Assembly: GCF_964204645.1 (NCBI RefSeq)
Contig: NC_134025.1
Span: 15,252,001 to 15,316,000, forward strand
Direction: 5' to 3'
DNA length: 64,000 bases
Source: Tubulanus polymorphus
Taxonomy: Eukaryota; Animalia; Nemertea
Shown: positions 1 through 11,674 of the stretch, one piece after another
How the letters are laid out: each line of letters begins with the position of its first letter
Numbering within the stretch: position 1 is the stretch's first letter
Notes under the pieces: generated by a model
Told to the model about the DNA's origin: nothing
Seen by the model: only the letters and a program-made list of their open reading frames with translations
The model's database searches: none
Program-made: the position numbers and the translations under genes

Positions 1-585
1 TATTTATTGAGACCAAATCCAAATTTATTTATTGGGTACGACATCCTATGCGTGTGTGTGAGAGGAGGGGGAGGAGTAAATCCTAGATGGCGCTTTTCCA
101 AGGAATCCCGAGTACGGGTGAAACGAAGTAAACCAAAAATTCAAAAAACAAATGTAAAACAAATTAATGTCAACAATTAAAAAAACATTTATTAACAATA
201 AATACGCAATAAATAGAATAAATAAATAAATAGGTAACTATATTTTCACTCTGTTACATTAATATCCGTACGGAAGCATTCGGTTAAATCGGACTCAATA
301 TTACGTATTTCTATACACGTGCGCGCGTAAGCGCGAACGTGTGCGTGTGTGTGTGTGTGTGCGTGAGAGGAGGGGGAGTGGGGGAATATTTCCAAGATGG
401 CGTCTTTTAACGGCTATTGTGAAATCATGAACGAGTTTGGGCGAAATATATTTCGCAACAACAAGTGAAACCGTAAATCGTGTTCGGGCAAGTCATTTTC
501 TGACAATAAAAACGTCATGTAAATCCATAAACTAATCATTCTGCTCAGAAACTTTGAACCGTCAACATCGACCTGTATCGCCCAG

Positions 586-1400
586 ATGGATTCGACTAGT
601 GGACAAACTACCTTAGAAATGTCAAGCACACCGATTCGAGCAAAGTCCTCTCTTCAATCTAGGAAAAGAAAACACCCCTCGCTCAAACTCGACTTTAGTA
701 AGTTTTTATAACTATTCCGGTATTCGAAACCGTCAAATATTAAGTCATACGTATACTGATATAGAATATTTTTTATTGTTTTATAGGTTCAATCGTTAAT
801 GACAACGCTGTTCCGTCGAAAGTTCAACGGAATACCTGGAACAATGACCCCGAGCCTCATTATCTTGCGCTTGTGTACGTGAGTGCGAAAACGTGGCAGG
901 GGTTAAAACGTATAGATTTACGATCTTATGAGTGTTGCGAGCGTAGAAAACAACTGTATCCCACAAAGAACGGTATTTCGCTAGATCTCCAAGAGTGGGT
1001 ACATATAGATTATTGTAAAGCCGATATCGAACACGAAATTGCGCGCGTTAAAGAAGATATCGATTACGTAGGCGTGATGACCGTTGGTCGTTCGAACTTT
1101 ATCAAAATCTATAGATCTAGTCACGATCATCGTATTTACGTAGATATCCGAAAATATGATCTACACGATGAGCTTTTCGACGTAACTCCGACTAGATGCG
1201 GTGTAAAACTAACATTGGAACTATGGAAAAAGTTGAAAGACATTAATTTTAACGAAGATATACCCGAACTAACCAATATGAAACCGTGTTGGTATGACTC
1301 GAGTCACTCGAATCAAGAATATAGGTGCGCCTATTGCGCTAAAGACACCAGCGGTGTTAGAAAAGCGCCTGAATACGGTGTAATGATCACCCAAGTATAA
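586..1400 (+). CDS. Spliced tandem PC4/Sub1-domain ssDNA-binding protein (exon 1 586-697, intron 698-786, exon 2 787-1400)
   Basis: Two PC4-like repeats (W-G-KRIDLRSY...PTKNGISL...EW; IYVDIRKY...PTRCGVKLTLELWKKL); GTAAGT donor and TTTTATAG acceptor join in frame; RKRKH basic patch in exon 1. Confidence 0.8.
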
Positions 1401-2286
1401 TTTCACAGATATTAATTAAATAATATTTATATCATAACCGATTAACAAAATGTGTAAAAAACATCAATTTATATACGTTAGTTTGCGTTAAACTCTCAGA
1501 TAGAAATAAGTATCCGAAATAACTAATCCAGGACTTCATTAAGATCCGCTCTAACCAATGAGGATTAACTAAAGTAGTGAGTTTCTATCTTTTATGAGAT
1601 TTATGGTTTTTTCGTGTATAGGTATATGGCCTATGTTTATCTATAATATTTATAAAAATATTTATGTTTTTTAGGACTAAATAAAACATTTATTGAATAA
1701 AAGATTTCATTTTTGACTCATTCTGATTTAACAATACGTTAATCTAGCATTTCGTTGCTATCCAGACCCATGATACCATATACCGACAAAGAAGGCAATT
1801 AATTGATTTAGATCAATACATGACCACGATTGGGGAAAATAGGTGTGAGCAAAACCAATTACCTAGACTAGTAGCAGATGGATCGATAGTATCCAAACAC
1901 CATTAATTATATGTGGAAGACGAAGGCAATTAAGTGATTTAGATCGGAGACACGTCCGAGATGGGAAATTATGTGTGAGGTTTCAAACCAATTACACTAG
2001 CAATAATTCGAACATTTTTAGTGCTCATAGCACTGAGGTAATTAAATTGTTTAGAAAAAACCGAACAGATGGTCCTATATGCTGGGTGATATTAGACCCG
2101 AGTATCAAAAACACCGTTAATTATATGTGATAGAATCCTCAAATACTTTGAGTAAACTGTTAGACTATGAGAATTAATCAACTAATTAGTCGTCTGACTT
2201 AGACCCATAAATAAGGGGGTAGTTTTAGGACAAATCATTTCCAAGATGTCTGTTATTGGAGCACTAAAATAGTAGCCGAAATGTTA

Positions 2287-2588
2287 CGTTCGAACTTTAT
2301 CAAGATATATGGATCTAGTCACGATCACCGTATTACGTAGATATCCGAAAATACGATGAGCTTTTCGACGTAAATCCGACTAGATGCGGCGTAAAACTAA
2401 CATTGGAACAATAGAAAAAAATTGAAAGATATTAATTTTACAGAAGATATATCCGAACTGGCTAATATGAGACCGTGCTGGTACGATTCGAGTCACTCGA
2501 ATCAGGAATACAGATGCCCGTACTGCGCAAAAGACACAAGCGGGGTTAGAAAGCACCTGAATACGGTATAATGATAACCCAAGTATAA
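2287..2588 (+). pseudogene. Degenerate duplicate of the second PC4 domain within the TIR (mirrored at 21963-22264)
   Basis: Similar to ~1089-1400 but with indels and a stop. Confidence 0.8.
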
Positions 2589-3149
2589 TTAAAGTAATTT
2601 AAAACCGCTCTGACCAAAAGAGGATTAACTAAAGTAGTGAGTTTCTATCTTTTACGAATTTTTATACGTAGCGACTCATTCGTCATCTACCGGATTGTAT
2701 AAATAAAAGCCATAACCCGTGTATATGTATAATATTTTTGGAAAAAAAAAATTAATGTTTTTTTAGATGAACGAGTAAATAATAAACTTGCAATGTATAT
2801 AATATTTCATATCTGTCTCATTTTATTCGGATTTACTCTATAATAATCAAGCATTTTGTCGTTGGCCAGACCCCTTGATACAATATATCATCTATGAACG
2901 TAATTAAGTAATTGAGAAACAAATACCATTGACCCATGGTTAGCATCTACCATCTAAAATATCTGGTCAGTACCCTCGATGATATGTGACGGAATATGCA
3001 GGATGAAAATTACGCAATTAAGTAATTGAGAAACAAAAACCATTGACCCGTTGTTAGCATCGGCCGAATAAGTTATTTAGATCAGAGACACAACCGCGAT
3101 TGGGGAAATTAAGTATGAGCAAACCAACTATAGTATACCCATTTCGGGT

Positions 3150-3553
3150 AGTAATAGGGGTAATGGGCTTTCATACCAAAGGTCGAACGGTCGAGCTCAT
3201 TAAAAAACAAAACATTAAAAGTAATTAACAACTATAATATATTTTCATAACCGTGTGCATTTTATATTATAACTAAATATTTATTCTAAGATATCAATAA
3301 TTTAAAAAGCATATTGTATTAAATCAATTGGTCGCTCCACTTCGCTACCGCTCCGCTCCGCGACCAATTGATTTATTTACAATACACAAATTCATATAAT
3401 CAAATATATTCAAATAATAATAATTATTCTATTATTCAACTGAAATACACACGGTTATGAAAATATATTATAGTTTTTAATTACCTTTAATATATGTTTT
3501 TAATGAACTCGACCATTCAACCTTTGATATGAAAGCCCATTACCCCTATTACT
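3150..3553. repeat. 404-bp imperfect palindrome / nested hairpin, AGTAATAGGGG...CCCCTATTACT
   Basis: ~110-bp inverted arms plus inner stem AAATCAATTGGTCGC/GCGACCAATTGATTT closing a CGCTCC-rich loop. Confidence 0.9.
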
Positions 3554-3633
3554 CATAAAATATTCATATAAATGAATAACATTTAAATCATTGAACTTCT
3601 AAAATCAATTCTAATAAAAAATTTAGTATTAAA

Positions 3634-6600
3634 ATAAGTACTACTGCCCAACATGTAATATCAATATAGATAAATCCCAAAAAGCAAGACACAATAAAAC
3701 TAAAACACATTTAGAGAATAAATTGAAACTAGAATATAAAGATGATATATTAGAAACTAAATTAGATGAATTAAAGAATGAAAAAGAAACATACAAATGT
3801 GATACATGTAATCAATCATTCAGTGATAAAAGATATTATAAAGAACATTTAAAATCTATAAGTCATATTAGAAATAAGAATAATGATATTTTAGGTGAAG
3901 ATTATTTTGATAAAGATAATGATAAGAAACAGAAGACAATTAAAAGCATAAAAAATAAATTAAACAATAAAACACCATACATGGAAGATGTAAGAAAATA
4001 TATTAGATAATAAAAAAGATATAGAGATAACCGAAGCATTTAAAAGTGATATTGGCCCAGCAGCTATTGAGTTTAAATTTCATAAAGGAAAAACATTAGA
4101 AGAAAATAAAAAACATTTAGAATATGAAAGAAATAATAAAAATAATAACTGATGTTGAATATCCTAAAATTAGTATATCTTCTAAAGTTAAATTCATAAA
4201 ATCTGAAGATAAACCAATATATAATATAAATTCTCATTCACAACATATTATATCTAAACAAAATATAGATCATAAATTAGATAAATGTTATAATGAAGTA
4301 AAAACTAAAATAGAAGAGAAATATTTTGAAGGATCTGGTTTAATATTTGATGAGATAATATTTATGACTTTACATGTTTATAACACAAAATATAATAAGT
4401 TAACTAAATCAAAACCAATTGATGAAAATAATGTATCATATAATAAAGAACCAGATATTGAAGCATCGAGTTATATTAAACTACCATTTAAAACTAATGC
4501 TGTAATAAATGTACAAAATGAAGATGATAAATGTTTTCTATGGGCTATAATAAGTTGTTTACACCCAACAGAAGATATTACACATAGTTTTAGATTAACT
4601 CATTATAAACCATTTGAAAATAATTATAAGATAGATAAGTATCCTGTTAGAATTAAAAACATCCCAAAAATAGAAAGAGATAATAATATAAAGATAAATG
4701 TATTTGATTTAATCAAATTACCAAATACAAAAGGTAACAATATAAAACATTATACATTAGAACCTTTATACCTATCAAAAGATTATGATTCAAACGATGT
4801 TATAGATATATTATATTATGAGAATCATTATATGTGGATTAAACAAATAGATTTATTTTTTAAATCAGAAAATGATCACCATAAAATATATCTTTGTAGA
4901 AAATGTTTACATAGATTCAGTAATGAAAGTACATTATTAAATCATAAACAATTATGTGATAATCATGATTATTGTAAATTAGTTTTACCAAATGAAAAAG
5001 ATAAAATATTAGAATTCAAAAAATATGATTACAAAAATAAAGTACCATTTGTAATATAAGGAGATTTTGAATCATTAAATAAAGAATTAACTGATCAAGA
5101 TAGAAAAGAAATATATTATAAGAGAAAGAAATTAAATTCTAATGAAAATGATTTTTCAGATGAACCACCAAAAACAAATACAATTAAAAAGATTCATCAA
5201 TCAGCTGCTGCTTTCCGGTTATATATAAAATCTGATTATCCAGAACTAATTGATAGTGAATATTATGATTATAGAAATGAAAATGTTATCAATCATTTTT
5301 GTGACTTATTAATTGAATATGAAATAAGATTTAGTAAATTATTGAATACAAATAAAGAAATTATAATGACAGAAGAAGATAAAGAAGAATTTGCGTTTGC
5401 AGATAAATGTTATTAATGTGAAAAGATATTTAATTATAAAGATAAAAAGTAAGAGACCATGATCATTTGAACGGAAAGTTTAGAGGCGCTGCACATGAGA
5501 ATTGTAACTTACAAGCTAAGAAAATTAACTTTGTACCAGTTATATTTCATAATCTATCAGGATATGATGCACATTTATTTATCAAACAGTTATGTCATAA
5601 AATAGAAGAAATTAATAATGAAATAGAAAGATTAAATTCAAATAGATCAAAAGATAAAATACCAACTTATAAATTTAGAATGTTAGCTAAAACATCATTC
5701 CAATTTGGTTGCCTAAGATTTATAGATTCATATAGATTTTTAAATAGTTCATTAGATAACTTATCAAAATCATTAGTTGATGATGAATTAAAAATATTAA
5801 AGCAACATTACCCAAATAATGATGATTTTCAATTAATGAGATATAAAGGAGCGATTCCATATTCATTTTATAAATCACATAATGATTTCAATATAACTGA
5901 ATTATTGAAAGAACAATTCTATGATGAATTAAAAAATGAATATGTTAAAGATGAAGTCTATAATAGAACATTGAATATTTGGAATCATTTCAAAATAGAA
6001 AATCATGGACAATTAGTAGATTCATATCTAAAATCAGATGTATTATTATTAACCGATATATTCGAAAGGTTTAGAGATGTTAACCTAAAATATTTTAACA
6101 TTGATCCTTGTCATTGTTATTCATCACCAGGATTAACATGGGATTGTGGATTAAAATTTACAGATATAAAAATGGATTTGTTAACAAATATAGATCAATT
6201 ACTATTATTTGAAAAATCTATAAGAGGAGGAGTTTCAGGTGTATTGGGGGATAGATATTTCAATGTAAATGATAACCCCGGATATAAGTTATTATATATA
6301 GACGCAAATAATTTGTATGGTTGGGCAATGATGGAACCACAACCTTATGGAGTATTTGAATTAACTGAAGTTTTACAGAATGAAAATAATGATACATTTG
6401 ATTGGAAGAAAAGAATCCTAGATATTGCAGATGATTCAGATACTGGTTACTTCTTTGTTGTAGATTTAGAATATCCTGAACATATTAAATTTAAATCTAG
6501 AAATCTAGCATACTGCCCCGAACATAAAACTGTAACTCATGAAGAATTATCAAATTATCAAAAAAGAATTAAACCCGAAAATCATATTCATACAGAAAAG

Positions 6601-7581
6601 TTAATGGTAACTCAAGAAGATAAATATAATTATGTAGTACATTATAGAATGTTAAAGTTTTATCTAAAACAAGGAATGGTTCTAAAAAAAGTACATAGAT
6701 ATATTTCATTTAGTCAATCTAAGTGGTTAGAAAAATATATAGATTTTAACACCAAACAGAGAACTAAAGCTAAAACTGATTTCGAAAAAGATTTCTTCAA
6801 GTTAATGAATAATGCATTCTATGGTTAGACTTGTGAAAATATTAGAAATAGAAATGATATTGAGTTAGTCAGTAATGGTAAAAGAATTAGACATTTACAA
6901 TCATATCCTAAGTTCATTGGTAACAGAATATTTGATGAAAATTTAGCCGCAGTTAAGATGAGAAGAACATCAATGAAATTTAATAAACCAATCTATGTTG
7001 GCGCTTCAGTTTTAGAATTATCAAAATTACTAATGTATGAATTCTATTATAATGTATTACAACCACTTTTTGGAGAAAAACATATAGAAATATTATATTT
7101 TGATACAGATTCTTACATATTAAAGATAAAAACTGATAACATAACTGATGATTTAAAAACATTAAAACACCATTTTGATTTTAGTAATTATCCTAAAAAT
7201 CATGAATTGTTTAGCAATGATAATAAAAAAGTTCCAGGGAAGTTTAAGGATGAATTAGGTGGCGAAGAAATGATAGAGTTCATAGGTATTAGATCTAAAA
7301 TGTATTCATATAAAACTAAAACTCATGAAGCTAAAAAGTTAAAAGGAATAACCAAAAGTGTAGTAGAAAAGAATATTCATTTCAAAGATTACATCAATTG
7401 TATATTCAATGAAGAAGTTAGAAAACATAAGATGAGATGTTTAAGATCTGAAGATCATGAAATGTTTATTGAAGAAATTGAAAAGATAAGTCTAAACCCA
7501 TTTGATGATAAAAGATATATTCTGGATGATGGAATTCATACAGTTGCTTATGGTTGTAATTTAGATAAATACTTAAAATAA
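3634..7581 (+). pseudogene. Protein-primed family B DNA polymerase (pPolB) with N-terminal Zn fingers, OTU-like and endonuclease VII-like regions; disrupted
   Basis: Motifs FHNLSGYD, IDSYRFL, YIDANNLYG, KLMNNAFYG[K->stop], YFDTDS, KKLKG; DKCFLWAI...HY; HDHLNGKFRGAAHENCNL; ATG deleted, stops at 4008, 5057 and 6826, plus frameshifts. Confidence 0.95.
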
Positions 7582-7660
7582 GAGAAGAAACAAAAGAGAA
7601 CGAGATAATGAAAAGAATTCTAACGTGTTAATCAAATTTTAATAAAAATATGTTATTAAA

Positions 7661-7987
7661 ATGGAGAGTAAACAAACACACAGTGAGAAAAACAAATCAT
7701 TTCTAGATAGAATTAAATATACTACAAATGTAAAATCTGTAGATTATAAATTCAAAAAGTTAACAGAATTAACAATTCATAAGAAATATCTTATTACAAA
7801 TATTGATACAGTTACTAATAACTATGGAGATAAATTAGTTATACACTTAGAATATGAAGGATTAAAAGGAAATACATATAAATTCAGAACATATTTACCG
7901 GATAGATTTCATAGATTATCTGGTGATTTCTATTTCGTATACAAAGGTAAGAATGAAAAAGGGCACCATGAAATAGATTTCGAATAA
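7661..7987 (+). CDS. Conserved small Polinton protein, possibly OB-fold-like
   Basis: ORF conserved in copy 3 (59392); FKKLTEL...YG...YLPDRF pattern; fold is a guess. Confidence 0.55.
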   Translation: MESKQTHSEKNKSFLDRIKYTTNVKSVDYKFKKLTELTIHKKYLITNIDTVTNNYGDKLVIHLEYEGLKGNTYKFRTYLPDRFHRLSGDFYFVYKGKNEKGHHEIDFE

Positions 7988-8004
7988 GAAAATATGTAAA
8001 ATAA

Positions 8005-8765
8005 ATGGTAGAATAAAAAGAATACAGAATATTTGTAGATTCTAGAAACTTACAAATTATAAATCTCATAATTTACTAGTACAATTAGATAGAGAATTTA
8101 AGAATTGTGTAGATTTAAAATTAGTTAATATAAGTTTATGTAATTCTTTTTATAATATATCGGATAAAACTATTGAACATAGAGCTTTTTTAATTTTTAA
8201 TAAAAATAAAAATGAATGGGTCTATATATATTTAAAACCGGGGTTATATAATTTAGATACATTAGCACAAGAAATTAATAGAAAAGCCTGGCACAAATTA
8301 GGTAGTAGTTCTGGGTTTAGTATTAGATTTTTAAAAAGTGAGAGTTCTGATAGAATAACGATAAGGTTGTCTAATAGTGAAAAACATAAATTTATGGTAA
8401 AAAAACCTATAGCTAAACTGTTAGGAATTCTTCCAGATAGATCTTTTACAAATATTGACGCTACTACACCAAACTTAATACCTTACCCACACTTTTATAT
8501 TTATTGCAATTTAATCGATCCTACAAAAACATTCGAAGCAACTAAAGATATAACTTGTAATTCTGGTTTACTAAACATTTTACCATTGAAGAATTTTAAA
8601 GAATTTGGAACGCAAATAAATTATAATTTAACAGAATGTGATTTCAAACCATGCATTCCTCGTTTTAATAATTTTAGATTAGAAATTAGAAATCATAATG
8701 GATACTTAATTGATTTAAATAATTTCCCTGTAATTTATGAATTAGTTATAAAATGTAGAGAGTAA
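8005..8765 (+). pseudogene. Minor capsid protein (penton), early stop plus frameshift
   Basis: IFVDSR, SLCNSFYNI, FYIYCNLI and EIRNHNG-LIDLNNFP motifs typical of Polinton/PLV pentons; homolog at 59772. Confidence 0.75.
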
Positions 8766-8782
8766 TTTTTTTCACTATATAA

Positions 8783-9121
8783 ATGAATATAACTGTTGGA
8801 CCGAGTATATGTTTTGGGTTTGATTTTAAACATGGTAAAGAAATGAGAATTAAACTAAATGATGTAATTACTGATATAAAAAGTAAATCATTTAACAATG
8901 CAATGATTCATAAAGAAAATTATAATATAGAAAAAGTAATTGATTTAATTAAAACGCCTTTAGAATATTATGAATTAAGTGAAGATGGAATTATTGAAGA
9001 TATCAAAAACATATTATCCAAAATATATGATAATCATCAAAGTAGTAATGAAATAAATGTTGAATTAATCATAAATAAGTTAACTAAATATTTTGATGAT
9101 AGTAATTTTTTTGATAAATAA
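8783..9121 (+). CDS. Hypothetical protein, 112 aa
   Basis: ORF with TAAATG start; diverged homolog at 60547. Confidence 0.6.
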   Translation: MNITVGPSICFGFDFKHGKEMRIKLNDVITDIKSKSFNNAMIHKENYNIEKVIDLIKTPLEYYELSEDGIIEDIKNILSKIYDNHQSSNEINVELIINKLTKYFDDSNFFDK

Positions 9122-9343
9122 ATGAGTGATAATAAGTGGATAATAACTGGATTATATAATGGCGCATTACTATCAGTTGGAACTGTTGGTTATTCAATGG
9201 TAATAAAAAAAGTATTTAAAATGGGAAGTGTTAATGTTGATAGATTTGATATAAATGATATTTTAAAATTAACATTAGCAGTTACTTTATCTAATTTAAC
9301 TATTGATTATTTGGAAAAACAAAAATATATTCCTCCCATATAA
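9122..9343 (+). CDS. Small hydrophobic (membrane) protein, 73 aa
   Basis: Two hydrophobic stretches; near-identical copy at 60889. Confidence 0.75.
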   Translation: MSDNKWIITGLYNGALLSVGTVGYSMVIKKVFKMGSVNVDRFDINDILKLTLAVTLSNLTIDYLEKQKYIPPI

Positions 9344-9367
9344 ATGCGTAATTATTTTACTAAATAA

Positions 9368-9790
9368 ATGGCTTCTGCAATTATAACTATTATAGGATCG
9401 GCAATTGTTAACGCTTTAGCATTTACTGGTGGCGGTTATTTATTTAAGCATATTGATAAAAATAGTTCATTAGGAGAACAAAGAAGACATAACTTAGCAT
9501 TAGAGAAATACAAAAAAGCAGCAGAAGAATATAGAGAAAAGAGGCAAAACTATATGGATTATATTAACAAAGAATTATATGATCAGAAGATTTCACATAG
9601 AGATTTTCAATCAGTTGATGATGCAATGAGTTTATATAACGCGGTAACCAATAAAGAAAAATTACATCTATACAGACCTAAATTATCAGATTATTATACC
9701 CCAAGTAATGAACAGAAGAAATATGAAATAATATGGATTTTAGGTGGAACTGTTATTGTTATATTTGTTGCTTATAAGTTTACTAATTAA
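9368..9790 (+). CDS. Membrane protein with coiled coil, 140 aa
   Basis: N- and C-terminal hydrophobic segments; homolog with a stop at ~61135. Confidence 0.75.
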   Translation: MASAIITIIGSAIVNALAFTGGGYLFKHIDKNSSLGEQRRHNLALEKYKKAAEEYREKRQNYMDYINKELYDQKISHRDFQSVDDAMSLYNAVTNKEKLHLYRPKLSDYYTPSNEQKKYEIIWILGGTVIVIFVAYKFTN

Positions 9791-9815
9791 TTATTTATTA
9801 TTTTTTGTTAAATAA

Positions 9816-10250
9816 ATGGATGATAAAGTTGATAATATTGATATTATTCCTCATGATATAAATAAAACTAAATTAAAAACATATTTAGAAAAACAAATAT
9901 TAGAATTTGAAAATGATTTAAAAGTTAAAAAGAAAAAATATTTAAAAAGTAAAATTATATATTATTTGATTATAAGTGGTTCGGTTACAATTAGTTCTGT
10001 AATAACATTTCTAGCAATATTCAGTCCATTAACACCTTTAGCTATATCAATTGGTGTATTAGGATTAAGTTCAAGTGTTTTAACCGGTATAAGTTCAAAA
10101 TTAAATATAAAAAGTAATAAAGAAAAAATTAAAACTAATATAAAAGAAATTAATAAATTAAAGAATACACTAGATTATATAATAAGTTTAAATGGCCATA
10201 TAACAGTTGAAGAACAAGATAAATTATTAAAAGAATTAATAAATTATTAA
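9816..10250 (+). CDS. Two-TM protein, 144 aa
   Basis: Central double hydrophobic segment; near-identical copy at 61472. Confidence 0.75.
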   Translation: MDDKVDNIDIIPHDINKTKLKTYLEKQILEFENDLKVKKKKYLKSKIIYYLIISGSVTISSVITFLAIFSPLTPLAISIGVLGLSSSVLTGISSKLNIKSNKEKIKTNIKEINKLKNTLDYIISLNGHITVEEQDKLLKELINY

Positions 10251-10266
10251 TTTTTTAATTATATAA

Positions 10267-11658
10267 ATGGTAGATAGTTTTCCAAAAGCTTTCCAATATA
10301 ATAAATCAATGAAATATAATATTCCAGCAATAGATTTTAATAAAGATATTACATATAGAAATGAAGTTTTAGATTCATTAACTAATTTAGAAATTTATGT
10401 CACTGAAACTAATAATTTTAATGCAAAGATGGAAAATATATTTCATGTATATTTAATTAATTTTAAAAAATTGAAAGATGAAAAACAATGGTTATTAAAA
10501 TCTAATATGAAGTATTGGCAGATCCAATTAAATTTTGCTGTTTATTGTGCAACAACAGGTTGTGGAATTAGTTGGAATGATCATTTGAATAATTCTAAAT
10601 ATAAATTAATTCAAAGTTTATTTAGATTTCATACATACTTTCAAATAAGAATAATATTAAATGAATTAGAGTGCGCTTTACCAGGATCTAGATATTTTAA
10701 AGAATTAGATAATAATATTAATTTATCTAAGTTTTATAAAATTTGTAATGAATTTAATATAGATATAAATAATTCTGATTTTAGAAGAACAAAAATTGGA
10801 ACAATAAGATCACTTCCTTGCCCTAAAAAGATTGCAGAATATTGTGCACTTCCCATACCATCTAATAGTTTGTATAATATCTATAGTCATAAATTAGGTT
10901 ATGGTAAAATAGAAACTAGGGATTTAGAAACATTAAATTTTAATAAATTACCGACATTTTATGATAATTTAAAACAAGAAAACAATAATGGTTGGGTTTA
11001 TTTCATTTTAGAAAATAATGAAGGTTTTACAAAATCAGGTGTACAAAGAATAAATCAATCTATTAGAACTTATTTAATATGTATTTTAGGTGCGCAAGTT
11101 GAAAGAAGATCCCCGATAATTGGAAATTTGAATACATCATTCGATACACCAAAACAATTCAAAGTATTATTTGATGATTCCATACATAATGATAAAAATA
11201 GATCGATTCCAGAAAACATTATAAGATATCAAAATTATTTAGATAAATCTCATGTAAGGCTTAATTATTGTATAGGCCCTAATCTATTAATTATTTCTAA
11301 TGATTTAGTATTAAAGATGGGAAATATAATTGGTTATAATAATCTAATTAAAACTGCAACAATAAATAATTCATTTGGATTAAATGATATAAATAAAAAG
11401 ATTATTACTGCTCCAAAATTAATGGAAGGTGTAAAAAATAAAAAACACATTCAATCAACAGAAACTAAAACTAATAATATCAAATTAAATAATGATTCTA
11501 AAATAAAAGATTATAATACATCAGAAAATATAAAAACTGATAATATTCAACATGATATAATTAAAACTAATGATGATAATAAATCCCATGAAAATACTAA
11601 ATTAGCTATAACTTGTATAGGAATTGTAATCGGAGGAATATTATATTTTAAATTTTAA
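10267..11658 (+). CDS. Conserved hypothetical protein with C-terminal TM anchor, 463 aa
   Basis: Intact ORF; QLNFAVYCATTGCGIS motif shared with copy 3. Confidence 0.75.
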   Translation: MVDSFPKAFQYNKSMKYNIPAIDFNKDITYRNEVLDSLTNLEIYVTETNNFNAKMENIFHVYLINFKKLKDEKQWLLKSNMKYWQIQLNFAVYCATTGCGISWNDHLNNSKYKLIQSLFRFHTYFQIRIILNELECALPGSRYFKELDNNINLSKFYKICNEFNIDINNSDFRRTKIGTIRSLPCPKKIAEYCALPIPSNSLYNIYSHKLGYGKIETRDLETLNFNKLPTFYDNLKQENNNGWVYFILENNEGFTKSGVQRINQSIRTYLICILGAQVERRSPIIGNLNTSFDTPKQFKVLFDDSIHNDKNRSIPENIIRYQNYLDKSHVRLNYCIGPNLLIISNDLVLKMGNIIGYNNLIKTATINNSFGLNDINKKIITAPKLMEGVKNKKHIQSTETKTNNIKLNNDSKIKDYNTSENIKTDNIQHDIIKTNDDNKSHENTKLAITCIGIVIGGILYFKF

Positions 11659-11674
11659 TTTTTTTATTATGTAA

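Larger units (their letters stand above)
1..3737. repeat. Left terminal inverted repeat (truncated by window edge)
   Basis: Reverse complement of 20806-24608 with only scattered substitutions and small indels. Confidence 0.95.

Noticed and set aside
414-629. 71-aa ORF and its mirror 23934-24200
   Set aside because: Antisense to the PC4 exon 1 region, GTG start, and the two copies have different C-termini
3150-3553. Hairpin as an independent MITE
   Set aside because: No TSD, and all three copies share the same inner flank
5057-6828. Alternative genetic code or stop readthrough in pPolB
   Set aside because: Stops replace different residues, and copy 3 has AAG where copy 1 has TAG; frameshifts are also present
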